Both the position numbers and the translations under genes were made by a program. Positions 53,506-61,968 of a stretch of 64,000 nt of DNA are shown here, one piece after another. This DNA is from Candidatus Omnitrophota bacterium (GTDB lineage: Bacteria; Omnitrophota; Gorgyraeia; 2-02-FULL-51-18), in assembly GCA_016197155.1 (NCBI GenBank), contig JACPWF010000015.1:8157-72156 (forward strand). The letters run 5' to 3'. A model generated the notes under the pieces. It did not search any database. It had not been told where the DNA came from and worked only from the letters and a program-made list of their open reading frames with translations. Numbering within the stretch: position 1 is the stretch's first letter; every line of letters begins with the position of its first letter.

Positions 53506-54035
53506 GGCCCTGGTTTTTGGCGGGCCTTTTTTTCTTTGGCCTCCTCCCTCTTCTGGCCCGTCTGGAAGACGGGTATTATTCCCGCAAAGAGCCCTATTTT
53601 GGGTACCCGGTTTCGGCGGCGGCCGACGGTTCCGTAAGGCTTCGGAATGACGATTACGGAGACGGTTATTTTGGCGCCTCCCGGAATGGCGGGCGCCGGC
53701 ACGAGGGCATAGACTTCCTGGCGGCCTCGGGCGACCCCATCTACGCCTCAAAGAGCGGGCGGGTGACTCATTCGGCCTTTGAAAAGGGTTACGGCCAATA
53801 CATCGAACTTTTCCATCCGGACGGCCTTTACACCCGCTATGCCCATTTATCACAACTCCTTTTAAGAGAAGGGGATTGGGTAAAAAATGGACAGGTCATT
53901 GGCCTGGCCGGAAAGAGCGGGAATGCCAGAAACGCCAAGATCCTCCCTCATCTTCACTTTGAGATACGGGACAATAAGCAGGCCCTCGATCCCACAAAAG
54001 GCCTCCTAGACCCCGCCATTCAGCTCTCCTTGTAA
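53502..54035 (+). CDS. M23 family metallopeptidase (active-site residues intact)
   Basis: HEGID (HxxxD), YAHL and PHLHFE (HxH). Confidence 0.9.
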   Translation: MRPWFLAGLFFFGLLPLLARLEDGYYSRKEPYFGYPVSAAADGSVRLRNDDYGDGYFGASRNGGRRHEGIDFLAASGDPIYASKSGRVTHSAFEKGYGQYIELFHPDGLYTRYAHLSQLLLREGDWVKNGQVIGLAGKSGNARNAKILPHLHFEIRDNKQALDPTKGLLDPAIQLSL

Positions 54036-54055
54036 ATCAGTCTAGGTCGCGCGCC

Positions 54056-54093
54056 GGGGACTGTCCCTTTTTGGTCAAAAAGGGACAGTCCCC
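54056..54093. repeat. Perfect 18-bp inverted repeat (REP-like hairpin)
   Basis: GGGGACTGTCCCTTTTTG-GT-CAAAAAGGGACAGTCCCC. Confidence 0.85.
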
Positions 54094-54184
54094 AACCATG
54101 TGCCAACTTGAAAATTGATGTTTTATCCTGTAAACTTATTATAGTTATTTAATAAGAGTTAAACTTAATTAAGAATAATAAATT

Positions 54185-56020
54185 ATGATAAAAAATAATA
54201 AACTGATAATGGCGGGATTGATTCTGGCAGGCTTCTTTATTGGCCAGGCCGGCGCCAAGGCCGGTGAGGCCGATTCGGTCGTTTATTCCGAAATCAATTT
54301 AAACCATCCCGAAAAGACAGCCGCGATCACGCTTTCCGTTCCCAAAAAAGTGAGTGAGATTTATCATTGGAAACCCGGCCGCCGCATGACCCTGCGCGCG
54401 GTTGTGGAGCGCGCGGGCGGGAAAAAAGAATTTATCCGCGACACACGTTCGCAAAGCGCTTGGCAAGTGGTCTTGGACGCGCGCGCGGAGGCGACGCTCG
54501 CGATCCTTCCGGACAAAAATAATTTTTCCGGGGAAGTGACCGGTGTGGCGGAAGGAAAATCCCTGAAAGACCCCGAGGCGCCGGTTCTGGTTTTGGTAAA
54601 AACGCTTGAATATGAATTCGCCGACGGGGCGAAGATAAAGGTTCATTTCACGGATCAGATTCTGGACGGGGAAAAAGAAACGGCGGTTCTGGCCAGAGAA
54701 ACGCTGGACGCGGCCGTCGCGGCCTATCAAACCATTGCCCAATTTAATGGTTTCAACACCCCCGGCTACGCGTTCGCCGACCCCGACCGCGCCTACGCGT
54801 ACGACCCCGACAAGACCATCGATATTTACCTGGGAAGCCCTTCGGAGGCGCGCGCTTTTCATGGCTTTTCGGGCGCGGCGTTCAGGGACGCGCCTTGCTT
54901 TGACACCGTGAAACTCGGCGAACACATTTACCAGGCCGCGATCCTCCTTCCGGCCAATTACCGCGTGTTCATTAAAAATTGGGAGGCCCTCAATCCCTCG
55001 GCCCTCGGCGCGCGGAGCGTCGAGGTGGACCTGCGCGGGACGCTGATCCACGAGATGCTTCACACGATCCTTTTTTATTACAATAAGAATTTGAACAAGG
55101 AAGAAAACGCCGCCGGCCGGAGCGAGAACGGGGCGGCGCGGAAAGTGGACTGGTACGTGGAGGGCCTCGCGCGCTATTTCGAGACCTTCGCCGGCGCGCG
55201 GCACGACTTTTTTTCGCAGGGCTTTAAACAAACGCTCGTGGACAAGATCCGTTTTTCGCGCGGAGGGAGCAATTTCTTCATGCGCTATCCCGACCAGGCC
55301 TTTGTGGACCTGCGGTACGAGAACGCGCTTTTCTGGCGGTTCATGGACTACCGCTACGGGATGGGGGCGATCGAGAAATTGAGCCGCGATTTTCGGGGTG
55401 GAGACCGCGAGGACTTTAAGCGCGCGTTGGAGAAGGTGACGGGCGTGTCGTTCAACGAGCTTTTGGGGCGGTTCGCGATGTCGATTTTGCTCAAAGATTT
55501 TGGACTCAAAGAGGATGAGATTTATTTGAAAGACATCGGGCGCACGCGTTTAGTCTGCAAAACCGACGGGTTTTATTTGAAAGACGGCTATGGAGAGGAA
55601 AAATTTTTGGGCCAAACCTGCTCGACGGACTGGATCGGAGAGTGGGGCCAGGCGCGCGCAAGGCAGGGCGAGCCGCCGGCGGCCGGGGACAACACGCCCT
55701 GCGCGGATGTGGCCGGTTGGGCGACGGATTTTTACGAGGTCGAGGTAAAAGAAACCTCCGGCCTGCCCTGGATAGGCGTCCGGCATTTGGAAGGCGGCCG
55801 GGGACTCGACGCGCGCGTGGTCTTGGTTTCAAAGGGCGGGTCGTTTCTCATTAAAAATATTTTGGGCATCCGGCCGGGGGCCCTCCAGGGATTTTCGCTT
55901 CAGAAATTTTTAGAGGCTCAGGGGCTCACCGCCGCGGATTTGGAAAAAGTTTATATCCTCGTCACCAACACGGACGCCAAAACTTCCTCGGACTACGAAA
56001 TCCTCGCTCATTTTCCTTGA
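54185..56020 (+). CDS. Secreted protein with a gluzincin-like HEXXH...E metallopeptidase motif
   Basis: Signal peptide, TLIHEMLHT and downstream WYVEGLA; 611 aa. Confidence 0.7.
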   Translation: MIKNNKLIMAGLILAGFFIGQAGAKAGEADSVVYSEINLNHPEKTAAITLSVPKKVSEIYHWKPGRRMTLRAVVERAGGKKEFIRDTRSQSAWQVVLDARAEATLAILPDKNNFSGEVTGVAEGKSLKDPEAPVLVLVKTLEYEFADGAKIKVHFTDQILDGEKETAVLARETLDAAVAAYQTIAQFNGFNTPGYAFADPDRAYAYDPDKTIDIYLGSPSEARAFHGFSGAAFRDAPCFDTVKLGEHIYQAAILLPANYRVFIKNWEALNPSALGARSVEVDLRGTLIHEMLHTILFYYNKNLNKEENAAGRSENGAARKVDWYVEGLARYFETFAGARHDFFSQGFKQTLVDKIRFSRGGSNFFMRYPDQAFVDLRYENALFWRFMDYRYGMGAIEKLSRDFRGGDREDFKRALEKVTGVSFNELLGRFAMSILLKDFGLKEDEIYLKDIGRTRLVCKTDGFYLKDGYGEEKFLGQTCSTDWIGEWGQARARQGEPPAAGDNTPCADVAGWATDFYEVEVKETSGLPWIGVRHLEGGRGLDARVVLVSKGGSFLIKNILGIRPGALQGFSLQKFLEAQGLTAADLEKVYILVTNTDAKTSSDYEILAHFP

Positions 56021-56045
56021 CTTCGCCGCGCGCTGTTTTTATAAT
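56017..56045 (+). promoter_or_regulatory. Near-consensus sigma70 promoter
   Basis: TTGACT-17 bp-TATAAT; AGGAGG RBS precedes ATG 56072. Confidence 0.7.
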
Positions 56046-56071
56046 GGCTCGAATTAACAGGAGGATGTTGA

Positions 56072-56443
56072 ATGCGGAATTTTGCGAGGCGATTTGCGGC
56101 GTTAACCTTCATCGGCCTTTTATCTTTATTCGTCGTTTCCCCGGCGTTTTCGGCGGAAGCCAAGGATAACAGCGTAACGGGTTTCTTTAGAAGGCTTTTC
56201 AATTACCCGGTTAAGGCTGTCAAGGAAACGGGCGGCATGACGGCCAATACGGTCAACAACGTCGGTGAAAAAGTCATGTCGAAGACCGGCGAAGATTTGT
56301 CGAAGGGCGAGGTCCCGCAGGCTGTGGTTCAACCCGTCGTCGGCGCCGCCGAGACCGTCGGACAAACAGCGGCGGAAACGGTTCAGATCCCCGTCAAGGC
56401 CGCCGAAGAGGACAAACCGGCGGAATCCACACCGGCTCAATAA
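56072..56443 (+). CDS. Secreted hypothetical protein with amphipathic helical repeats
   Basis: Signal peptide (AFS-A), repeated PVKA / ET.G.TA.TV units; own promoter, RBS and terminator. Confidence 0.75.
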   Translation: MRNFARRFAALTFIGLLSLFVVSPAFSAEAKDNSVTGFFRRLFNYPVKAVKETGGMTANTVNNVGEKVMSKTGEDLSKGEVPQAVVQPVVGAAETVGQTAAETVQIPVKAAEEDKPAESTPAQ

Positions 56444-56471
56444 CAAGCCGTTCACGGCTCGTTTTAATTCT

Positions 56472-56512
56472 AAAAGGGGAGTTTGTGGCGCTGTCACGAG
56501 CTCCCCTTTTTT
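56472..56512 (+). terminator. Intrinsic terminator, possibly bidirectional
   Basis: AAAAGGGGAGTTTGTGGC-GCT-GTCACGAGCTCCCCTTTT-TT. Confidence 0.8.
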
Positions 56513-56525
56513 ATCGCAGGTAGCA

Positions 56526-56542
56526 GCCTGCCGGCAGGCAGG
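56526..56542. repeat. Short palindromic element GCCTGCCGGCAGGC(AGG)
   Basis: Perfect 14-bp palindrome in intergenic DNA. Confidence 0.55.
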
Positions 56543-56571
56543 GACCCGCCGTTTAAGAGGGCAACGTTAAA

Positions 56572-57018
56572 ATGTCTCTACAACAAAAGATTGACGCCGA
56601 TTTGAAAGCGGCGATGATTGCCAAAGACGCCGCGCGGCTTTCCACGCTTCGTTTTCTCAAGTCCGCCCTGAAATACGCCGCGATCGAAAAAAAGGCCGAC
56701 ACGCTCGCGGACGCGGACGTTCAGCCCATCATTCAAAAACAAATCAAACAGCGCCGCGAATCGATCGATCAATTTGAAAAAGGCGGCCGCCGGGATTTGG
56801 CCGACAAAGAAAAAGCGGAACTCGTGATTTTGGAGGGCTATCTGCCCAAACAGCTCTCCGACGCGGAGCTGGCGGCGTTTGTGGCCGCGGAGGCCAAGGC
56901 CGCGGGCGCGCTCTCAAAGAAAGATTTTGGGCGGGTGATGAAGCTCGTGGGAGAAAAGTTGAAAGGTCAGGCCGACTCGCGTCGCGTGAGCGAGGCGCTG
57001 GGAAAGATTCTGCAATGA
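56572..57018 (+). CDS. GatB/YqeY domain protein
   Basis: DLKAAM.AKD..RL..LR, KQRRESI.QF..GGR and YLPKQLS motifs. Confidence 0.92.
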   Translation: MSLQQKIDADLKAAMIAKDAARLSTLRFLKSALKYAAIEKKADTLADADVQPIIQKQIKQRRESIDQFEKGGRRDLADKEKAELVILEGYLPKQLSDAELAAFVAAEAKAAGALSKKDFGRVMKLVGEKLKGQADSRRVSEALGKILQ

Positions 57019-57968
57019 CCCCTCGAAAACCGTTTACGGCGGTTATCGGGGCGGGGCAGGTCGGGGCGACCACCGCTCAGCGGATTCTGGAAAAAGGAGT
57101 CTCCGACGTCGTTCTCTTTGACGTCGTGGAGGGCCTGCCGCAGGGCAAGGCGCTCGATCTCATGCAGGCCTCGCCCCTTGAGGGCCATGACCGGAAAATT
57201 TTCGGCACGAACCGTTACCAGGACATCGAAGGCGCCGGGGTCGTGGTCGTGACGGCGGGCCTGCCGCGAAAGCCGGGCATGAGCCGCGAGGATCTTTTGA
57301 GCCTCAACGCCAAGATCATCAAAGAAGTCTCCCTCAACATTAAAAATTACGCTCCGGAATCGAAGGTCATCGTCGTCACAAACCCCCTCGACCTCATGAC
57401 GTATCTGGCTTTCAAAACCACCGGTTTTCCCAAAGCCCGCGTTTTTGGGATGGCCGGTGTCTTGGACGCGGCGCGGATGCGGTTTTTCATTGCCGAGAGG
57501 CTGGGCGCGGTTCCCCGCGAAGTCGAGGCGGTCGTGCTCGGCGGTCACGGGGATCTCATGGTGCCCGTTTCGAGCCGTTCTTTTGTGAAGGGAAAACCCG
57601 TCCGGGACCTGATTCCTCACGACGAGCTTGTGAAAATCGAACAGCGCACGCGCGACGGCGGAGCGGAGATCGTCGCTCTTTTGAAAACAGGAAGCGCTTT
57701 TTACGCGCCGGCCAGTTCCGTTTGTGAAATGGTGAAAGCCATTTTGAACAATGAGAAAAAAATACTGCCCGTGTGCGCGTGTCTCGACGGCGAATACGGC
57801 CTGCGGGGAATCTATTTTGGCGTGACGGCCTCGCTCGGCGCCGGCGGCGTTGAAAAAATCATGGAAATCCCGCTCGATCCCGAAGAAAAAAAAGGGCTTC
57901 TCCTGTCCGCGGAAAAGGTCAGGAAAGGCATCGAGGAACTTGAGCGGATGATGGGCACCGCAAAGTGA
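57015..57968 (+). CDS. mdh: Malate dehydrogenase (LDH-like)
   Basis: GAGQVG, TAGLPRKPGMSR, NPLD, GGHGD and GSAFYAP motifs. Confidence 0.95.
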   Translation: MTPRKPFTAVIGAGQVGATTAQRILEKGVSDVVLFDVVEGLPQGKALDLMQASPLEGHDRKIFGTNRYQDIEGAGVVVVTAGLPRKPGMSREDLLSLNAKIIKEVSLNIKNYAPESKVIVVTNPLDLMTYLAFKTTGFPKARVFGMAGVLDAARMRFFIAERLGAVPREVEAVVLGGHGDLMVPVSSRSFVKGKPVRDLIPHDELVKIEQRTRDGGAEIVALLKTGSAFYAPASSVCEMVKAILNNEKKILPVCACLDGEYGLRGIYFGVTASLGAGGVEKIMEIPLDPEEKKGLLLSAEKVRKGIEELERMMGTAK

Positions 57969-59155
57969 AGGTCCACGAATACCAGGCCCGTCTTTTTCTC
58001 GAGAAATACGGCGTCCCCTGTTCGCGCGGGGAGGTGATCTTCCGCGCCGAAGAGGCGCCCGCCGCGTTTAAAAAATTCGCCAACCCGTCCGCGATGGCCA
58101 AGGTCCAGGTCCTGGCCGGCGGCCGCGGCAAGGCGGGCGGCGTCCTGCGCCTCAAAACGGCCGAAGAGGCCTCGGCCTTCGCGCAAAAATTTCTGGGCAA
58201 GCCCTTCGCGACGTATCAATCCGGCGGCGAAGGAAAAATTGTGAAAGCGATCCTCCTCACCGAAGATATCCCGATCCGCGAAGAATATTATTTGAGTGTG
58301 GCCGTGGACCGGTCGAAAGGGGCGCCGGTCATTCTTTTTTCGAAAGCCGGCGGCGTTGAGATCGAAGAGACCGCGCGCGCCTCGCCCGGAGCCGTTCATA
58401 AAATTTATTTTTCTCCCGATCAAGTCCCGGCGAAATCCGCGATCCTTCCCTTCATTCAAAAAGTTTTTTCCGACCCGTCAGTCTCCGAACCCTTCGCGGC
58501 CGTCGCCGAAAAACTGGCGCGGCTGTTTGTGGAAAAGGACGCGTCGGTGTGCGAGATCAATCCGCTCGTTCTGAGTCAGGACCGCCGCGTGATGGCGCTC
58601 GACGCCAAAATCGTTTTCGATGACAACGCGCTTTTCAGGCACGAGGATCTTCGCGCGATGAAGGATCCGGACGAAGAGGACGCGCGCGAAACGCGCGCCA
58701 AGGAATTTGGCCTGAGCTACGTCTCGATGAACGGAAACGTGGGGTGCCTCGTGAACGGCGCGGGCCTGGCGATGGCGACGATGGATGTGATCAAGCTCGC
58801 GGGCGGCGAGCCGGCGAATTTTCTGGACGTGGGCGGCGGCGCCACGGCCGATCAGGTGAGGGAAGGATTTAAAATTATTCTTCAGGATGAGCGCGTCGAG
58901 GCCATTTTGGTGAATATTTTCGGCGGCATCATGAAATGCGACGTCATCGCCGAGGGCGTGATCCAGGCCTCCAAGGAAACGGGGCTTCAGGTGCCTCTCA
59001 TTGCCCGCCTCGAAGGAACGCGTGTCGAGGAGGGCAGGGCCCTTTTGAAAAAATCAGGCCTTCGGATCCTTTCCTCGAAAACTATCCGGGAAGCGGCGGA
59101 GGCGGCCGTGGGCGAAGCCAAAAAATACCGGGAGTCGCGTGTCGGTACTCATTGA
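57965..59155 (+). CDS. sucC: Succinyl-CoA synthetase beta subunit
   Basis: [30 protein letters not shown] and NIFGGI motifs. Confidence 0.96.
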   Translation: MKVHEYQARLFLEKYGVPCSRGEVIFRAEEAPAAFKKFANPSAMAKVQVLAGGRGKAGGVLRLKTAEEASAFAQKFLGKPFATYQSGGEGKIVKAILLTEDIPIREEYYLSVAVDRSKGAPVILFSKAGGVEIEETARASPGAVHKIYFSPDQVPAKSAILPFIQKVFSDPSVSEPFAAVAEKLARLFVEKDASVCEINPLVLSQDRRVMALDAKIVFDDNALFRHEDLRAMKDPDEEDARETRAKEFGLSYVSMNGNVGCLVNGAGLAMATMDVIKLAGGEPANFLDVGGGATADQVREGFKIILQDERVEAILVNIFGGIMKCDVIAEGVIQASKETGLQVPLIARLEGTRVEEGRALLKKSGLRILSSKTIREAAEAAVGEAKKYRESRVGTH

Positions 59156-60002
59156 CAAAAATACGAAAGTGATCTGTCAGGGCATCACGGGGAAGGCGGG
59201 GAGTTTTCACGCGCTCCAATGCCAGGCCTACGGGACAAAACTGGTGGCGGGCGTCACGCCCGGCAAAGGGGGAGAGTCGGTGGGAACGATCCCCGTGTTC
59301 AACACCGTTAAAGAAGCCGTTCAGAAAACGGGCGCGACTGTTTCCATGATCTACGTGCCCGCCGCGTTCGCCTTGAAAGCGATCCGCGAGGCGGTGGACG
59401 CGGGGATCGGGCTCGTCGTGTGCATCACCGAGGGCATTCCGACGCTCGACATGGTCCGGGCGGTGGATTACGCGAAGTCAAAAAATGCCCGGATCATCGG
59501 GCCCAATTGTCCCGGCATCATCACCTCCGGCGAATGCAAGGTCGGCATCATGCCGGGCTACATTCACAAAAAGGGCGACATCGGCGTGATTTCCCGGAGC
59601 GGCACATTGACCTATGAGGCGGTTTGGCAAATCACGTCCGCGGGACTCGGGCAGTCGACGTGCATGGGGATCGGCGGGGACCCCGTGATTGGGACGGGTT
59701 TCATCGATGCGCTCGAACTTTTTGAAAAAGACAAGGACACCCGCGCGGTGCTTCTCATCGGAGAAATCGGCGGGAGCCAGGAGGAAGAGGCCGCGGCGTT
59801 CATCGAAAAGAAAATGACAAAAAAGGTCGCGGCATTCATCGCGGGCCTCACGGCCCCCAAGGATAAACGCATGGGCCACGCCGGCGCCATCATTTCCGGT
59901 TCGAGCGGATCCGCGCAGGAAAAAATAGAGGTTCTTGAAAAAAAGGGAGTGCCAGTGATCCGCGATTTGAGCCAGATCGGCGATTTTTTAAAAGGCCTTT
60001 AA
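59139..60002 (+). CDS. sucD: Succinyl-CoA synthetase alpha subunit
   Basis: [20 protein letters not shown] and RMGHAGA motifs. Confidence 0.96.
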   Translation: MSVLIDKNTKVICQGITGKAGSFHALQCQAYGTKLVAGVTPGKGGESVGTIPVFNTVKEAVQKTGATVSMIYVPAAFALKAIREAVDAGIGLVVCITEGIPTLDMVRAVDYAKSKNARIIGPNCPGIITSGECKVGIMPGYIHKKGDIGVISRSGTLTYEAVWQITSAGLGQSTCMGIGGDPVIGTGFIDALELFEKDKDTRAVLLIGEIGGSQEEEAAAFIEKKMTKKVAAFIAGLTAPKDKRMGHAGAIISGSSGSAQEKIEVLEKKGVPVIRDLSQIGDFLKGL

Positions 60003-60007
60003 ATTAA

Positions 60008-60508
60008 ATGGCCAAAGACCATTCATTCGACGCCATTTCCGAAGTCAACCTGCAGGAGCTGGACAACGCGGTCCAGCAGGCCAAAAAAGAACTCGCCCAG
60101 CGTTTTGATTTCAAGGGTTCCGACAGTTCCATTGAGCTGGACAAGACGCAGAAAACCGTCACGCTCAAAACCGAGAACGAATATCGCCTCAAAACCTTGA
60201 CGGACCTTTTGCAAACCAAATGCGCCAAACGCGGCGTGTCGCTGAAAGCGCTTCAGTTCGGAAAGGTGGAGGCGGGGATGGTCGGCGGGTCGGTGAGGCA
60301 GGTGGTCACCGTTCAAAACGGCATTCCCACCGAAAAGGCCAAAGAGATCACGAAGTTCATCCGGGACCTCAAGCTCAAGGTTCAGCCTCAGATTCAAAAC
60401 GACCAGGTGAGGGTTCAGGCTTCGAAAATAGACGATTTGCAGGCCGTGATTCAAAGCCTCCGGCAAAAAGATTTTGGACTTGACCTGCAATTTGTGAATT
60501 TTCGATAG
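60008..60508 (+). CDS. yajQ: YajQ family nucleotide/c-di-GMP-binding protein
   Basis: SFD..S, RFDFKG, DDLQ and QFVNFR motifs. Confidence 0.93.
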   Translation: MAKDHSFDAISEVNLQELDNAVQQAKKELAQRFDFKGSDSSIELDKTQKTVTLKTENEYRLKTLTDLLQTKCAKRGVSLKALQFGKVEAGMVGGSVRQVVTVQNGIPTEKAKEITKFIRDLKLKVQPQIQNDQVRVQASKIDDLQAVIQSLRQKDFGLDLQFVNFR

Positions 60509-60543
60509 GGGTTGTTAAAAATATTAATATTTATTAAAATATG

Positions 60544-60572
60544 TTGCATTGATTATAAAGATGTGGTACATT
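60544..60572 (+). promoter_or_regulatory. Putative sigma70 promoter in an AT-rich spacer
   Basis: TTGCAT-17 bp-TACATT with an extended TG; AAGGAGG RBS; upstream palindrome AAATATTAATATTT at 60519-60532. Confidence 0.55.
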
Positions 60573-60620
60573 GATGCCGTCAGTTGCTTTTTAATATAAA
60601 TTAATAAGGAGGAGATAAAG

Positions 60621-60953
60621 GTGAAGAAATTAATCACGGCAATCGTTACAATGGGCGTCGGCCTGGCCATGGGGATATTTGCCTATGCCGGCGATGATCT
60701 TATCAAAACAACCCAGGACAATGTCAACTCGGGCATCAACAGCGTCAACAGCCGCCCTCAGGACATGATGGATTCTATCCATACCGAAGCTTCCAAGGGC
60801 AAAGGCGTGGGCGAGCAGGTCATGGGCATCGGGGTCGGGGGAATGGTGGGCACCCGGAACGCCATCCATAAACTCGGCGCGGGCGCCATTGATGTTCTGA
60901 CGTTCTGGATCCCGAAAAAAGAACCCCTCATCAAAGAGGCCGGTCAGAAGTAA
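60621..60953 (+). CDS. Secreted hypothetical protein, distantly TIGR04073-like
   Basis: Signal peptide (AYA); C-terminal GAGAIDVLTFWIP resembles GAGIYEIVTFPFP of 43194-43520. Confidence 0.7.
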   Translation: MKKLITAIVTMGVGLAMGIFAYAGDDLIKTTQDNVNSGINSVNSRPQDMMDSIHTEASKGKGVGEQVMGIGVGGMVGTRNAIHKLGAGAIDVLTFWIPKKEPLIKEAGQK

Positions 60954-60980
60954 GCCGCTTTTTCCAAGCGGATTTAAGAT

Positions 60981-61020
60981 AACCCCGCCCATACGAGGTT
61001 TTGTGTGGGCGGGGTTTTTT
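60981..61020 (+). terminator. Intrinsic terminator
   Basis: AACCCCGCCCATACGA...TTGTGTGGGCGGGGTT stem followed by a T-tract. Confidence 0.8.
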
Positions 61021-61021
61021 C

Positions 61022-61050
61022 TTGAAACCCTTTTTTAACCCACCTATAAT
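61022..61050 (+). promoter_or_regulatory. Putative sigma70 promoter for folE
   Basis: TTGAAA-17 bp-TATAAT; ATG 61061 is 10 nt downstream with no SD. Confidence 0.65.
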
Positions 61051-61060
61051 GAATCCTTCC

Positions 61061-61618
61061 ATGAAAAATCCGAGCATCGAAAAACTCACCGCGCAATTGC
61101 TGGTCGGCCTGGGAGAAAACCCCCGGCGCCAGGGCCTGAAAAAAACTCCCAAGCGCGTCGAGGCCTCCTACCGGTATCTCACAAAGGGCTATTCGCAGGA
61201 CATCCGCCAGGTTGTCAATTCCGCCGTCTTTGATGAGGCCTATGACGAAATGGTCGTGATGAAGAACATGGATATCTTTAGCCTCTGCGAGCACCATTTA
61301 TTGCCGTTTTACGGAAAATGCCACGTGGCCTATATTCCCAAAGGGAAGATCATCGGCCTCAGCAAACTCCCCCGGATCGTGGACGTGTTCGCGCGGCGGC
61401 TCCAGGTGCAGGAGCGCCTGACTCAGCAGATCGCCAATTGCCTAAAGGAAGCGCTGGAGCCCCTGGGCGTTGCCGTGATCATCGAAGCCCTGCATCTCTG
61501 CATGGCCATGCGCGGCGTCGAAAAGCAAAACGCCGTTTGCGTCACCAGCTCCATGCTCGGCGTTTTCCGGAACGATCACGGCACGCGGATGGAGTTCATG
61601 AACCTCATCAAGTCATGA
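61061..61618 (+). CDS. folE: GTP cyclohydrolase I
   Basis: [28 protein letters not shown] and HLCM.MRG motifs. Confidence 0.96.
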   Translation: MKNPSIEKLTAQLLVGLGENPRRQGLKKTPKRVEASYRYLTKGYSQDIRQVVNSAVFDEAYDEMVVMKNMDIFSLCEHHLLPFYGKCHVAYIPKGKIIGLSKLPRIVDVFARRLQVQERLTQQIANCLKEALEPLGVAVIIEALHLCMAMRGVEKQNAVCVTSSMLGVFRNDHGTRMEFMNLIKS

Positions 61619-61968
61619 CGTTTTTTACCACGCATCAATTTTTCCGTTTCAGCGCCAGCCACTCCCGGGGGCAAAAAGTTTACGGGCACAATTACATTTT
61701 AGAAGTCATCACCCGCGGTTTAAACCCGGAAAAAGAGTCCGCCACCGCGGAAAAAATCCGCCGGACGCTTATCGGGAAGCTCGAGTCGCGCGATCTGGGG
61801 CTCGACGTCGATTTTTTGAAGGGGGTTGAGATCAGTGACCAGGTGCTCCTGTCCGCTTTTTGGCCGATCGTGGAAAACGCGGCGCGGCCCGCGGAGTTGT
61901 CCGCGCTGTCGATTAAACGCGATCAGCGCACGAAAGTGACGCTTCATGCCGATGCCCATCCCGCCTAA
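61615..61968 (+). CDS. QueD/PTPS-like T-fold protein, degenerate
   Basis: FSASH...YGHNY.LEV; ATG overlaps the folE stop. The catalytic Cys, one His and the C-terminal Glu appear missing. Confidence 0.65.
   Translation: MTFFTTHQFFRFSASHSRGQKVYGHNYILEVITRGLNPEKESATAEKIRRTLIGKLESRDLGLDVDFLKGVEISDQVLLSAFWPIVENAARPAELSALSIKRDQRTKVTLHADAHPA

Noticed and set aside
54090-54106. Sigma54-like TGGCAC on the minus strand
   Set aside because: The -12 TTGC element is absent and there is no minus-strand gene downstream.
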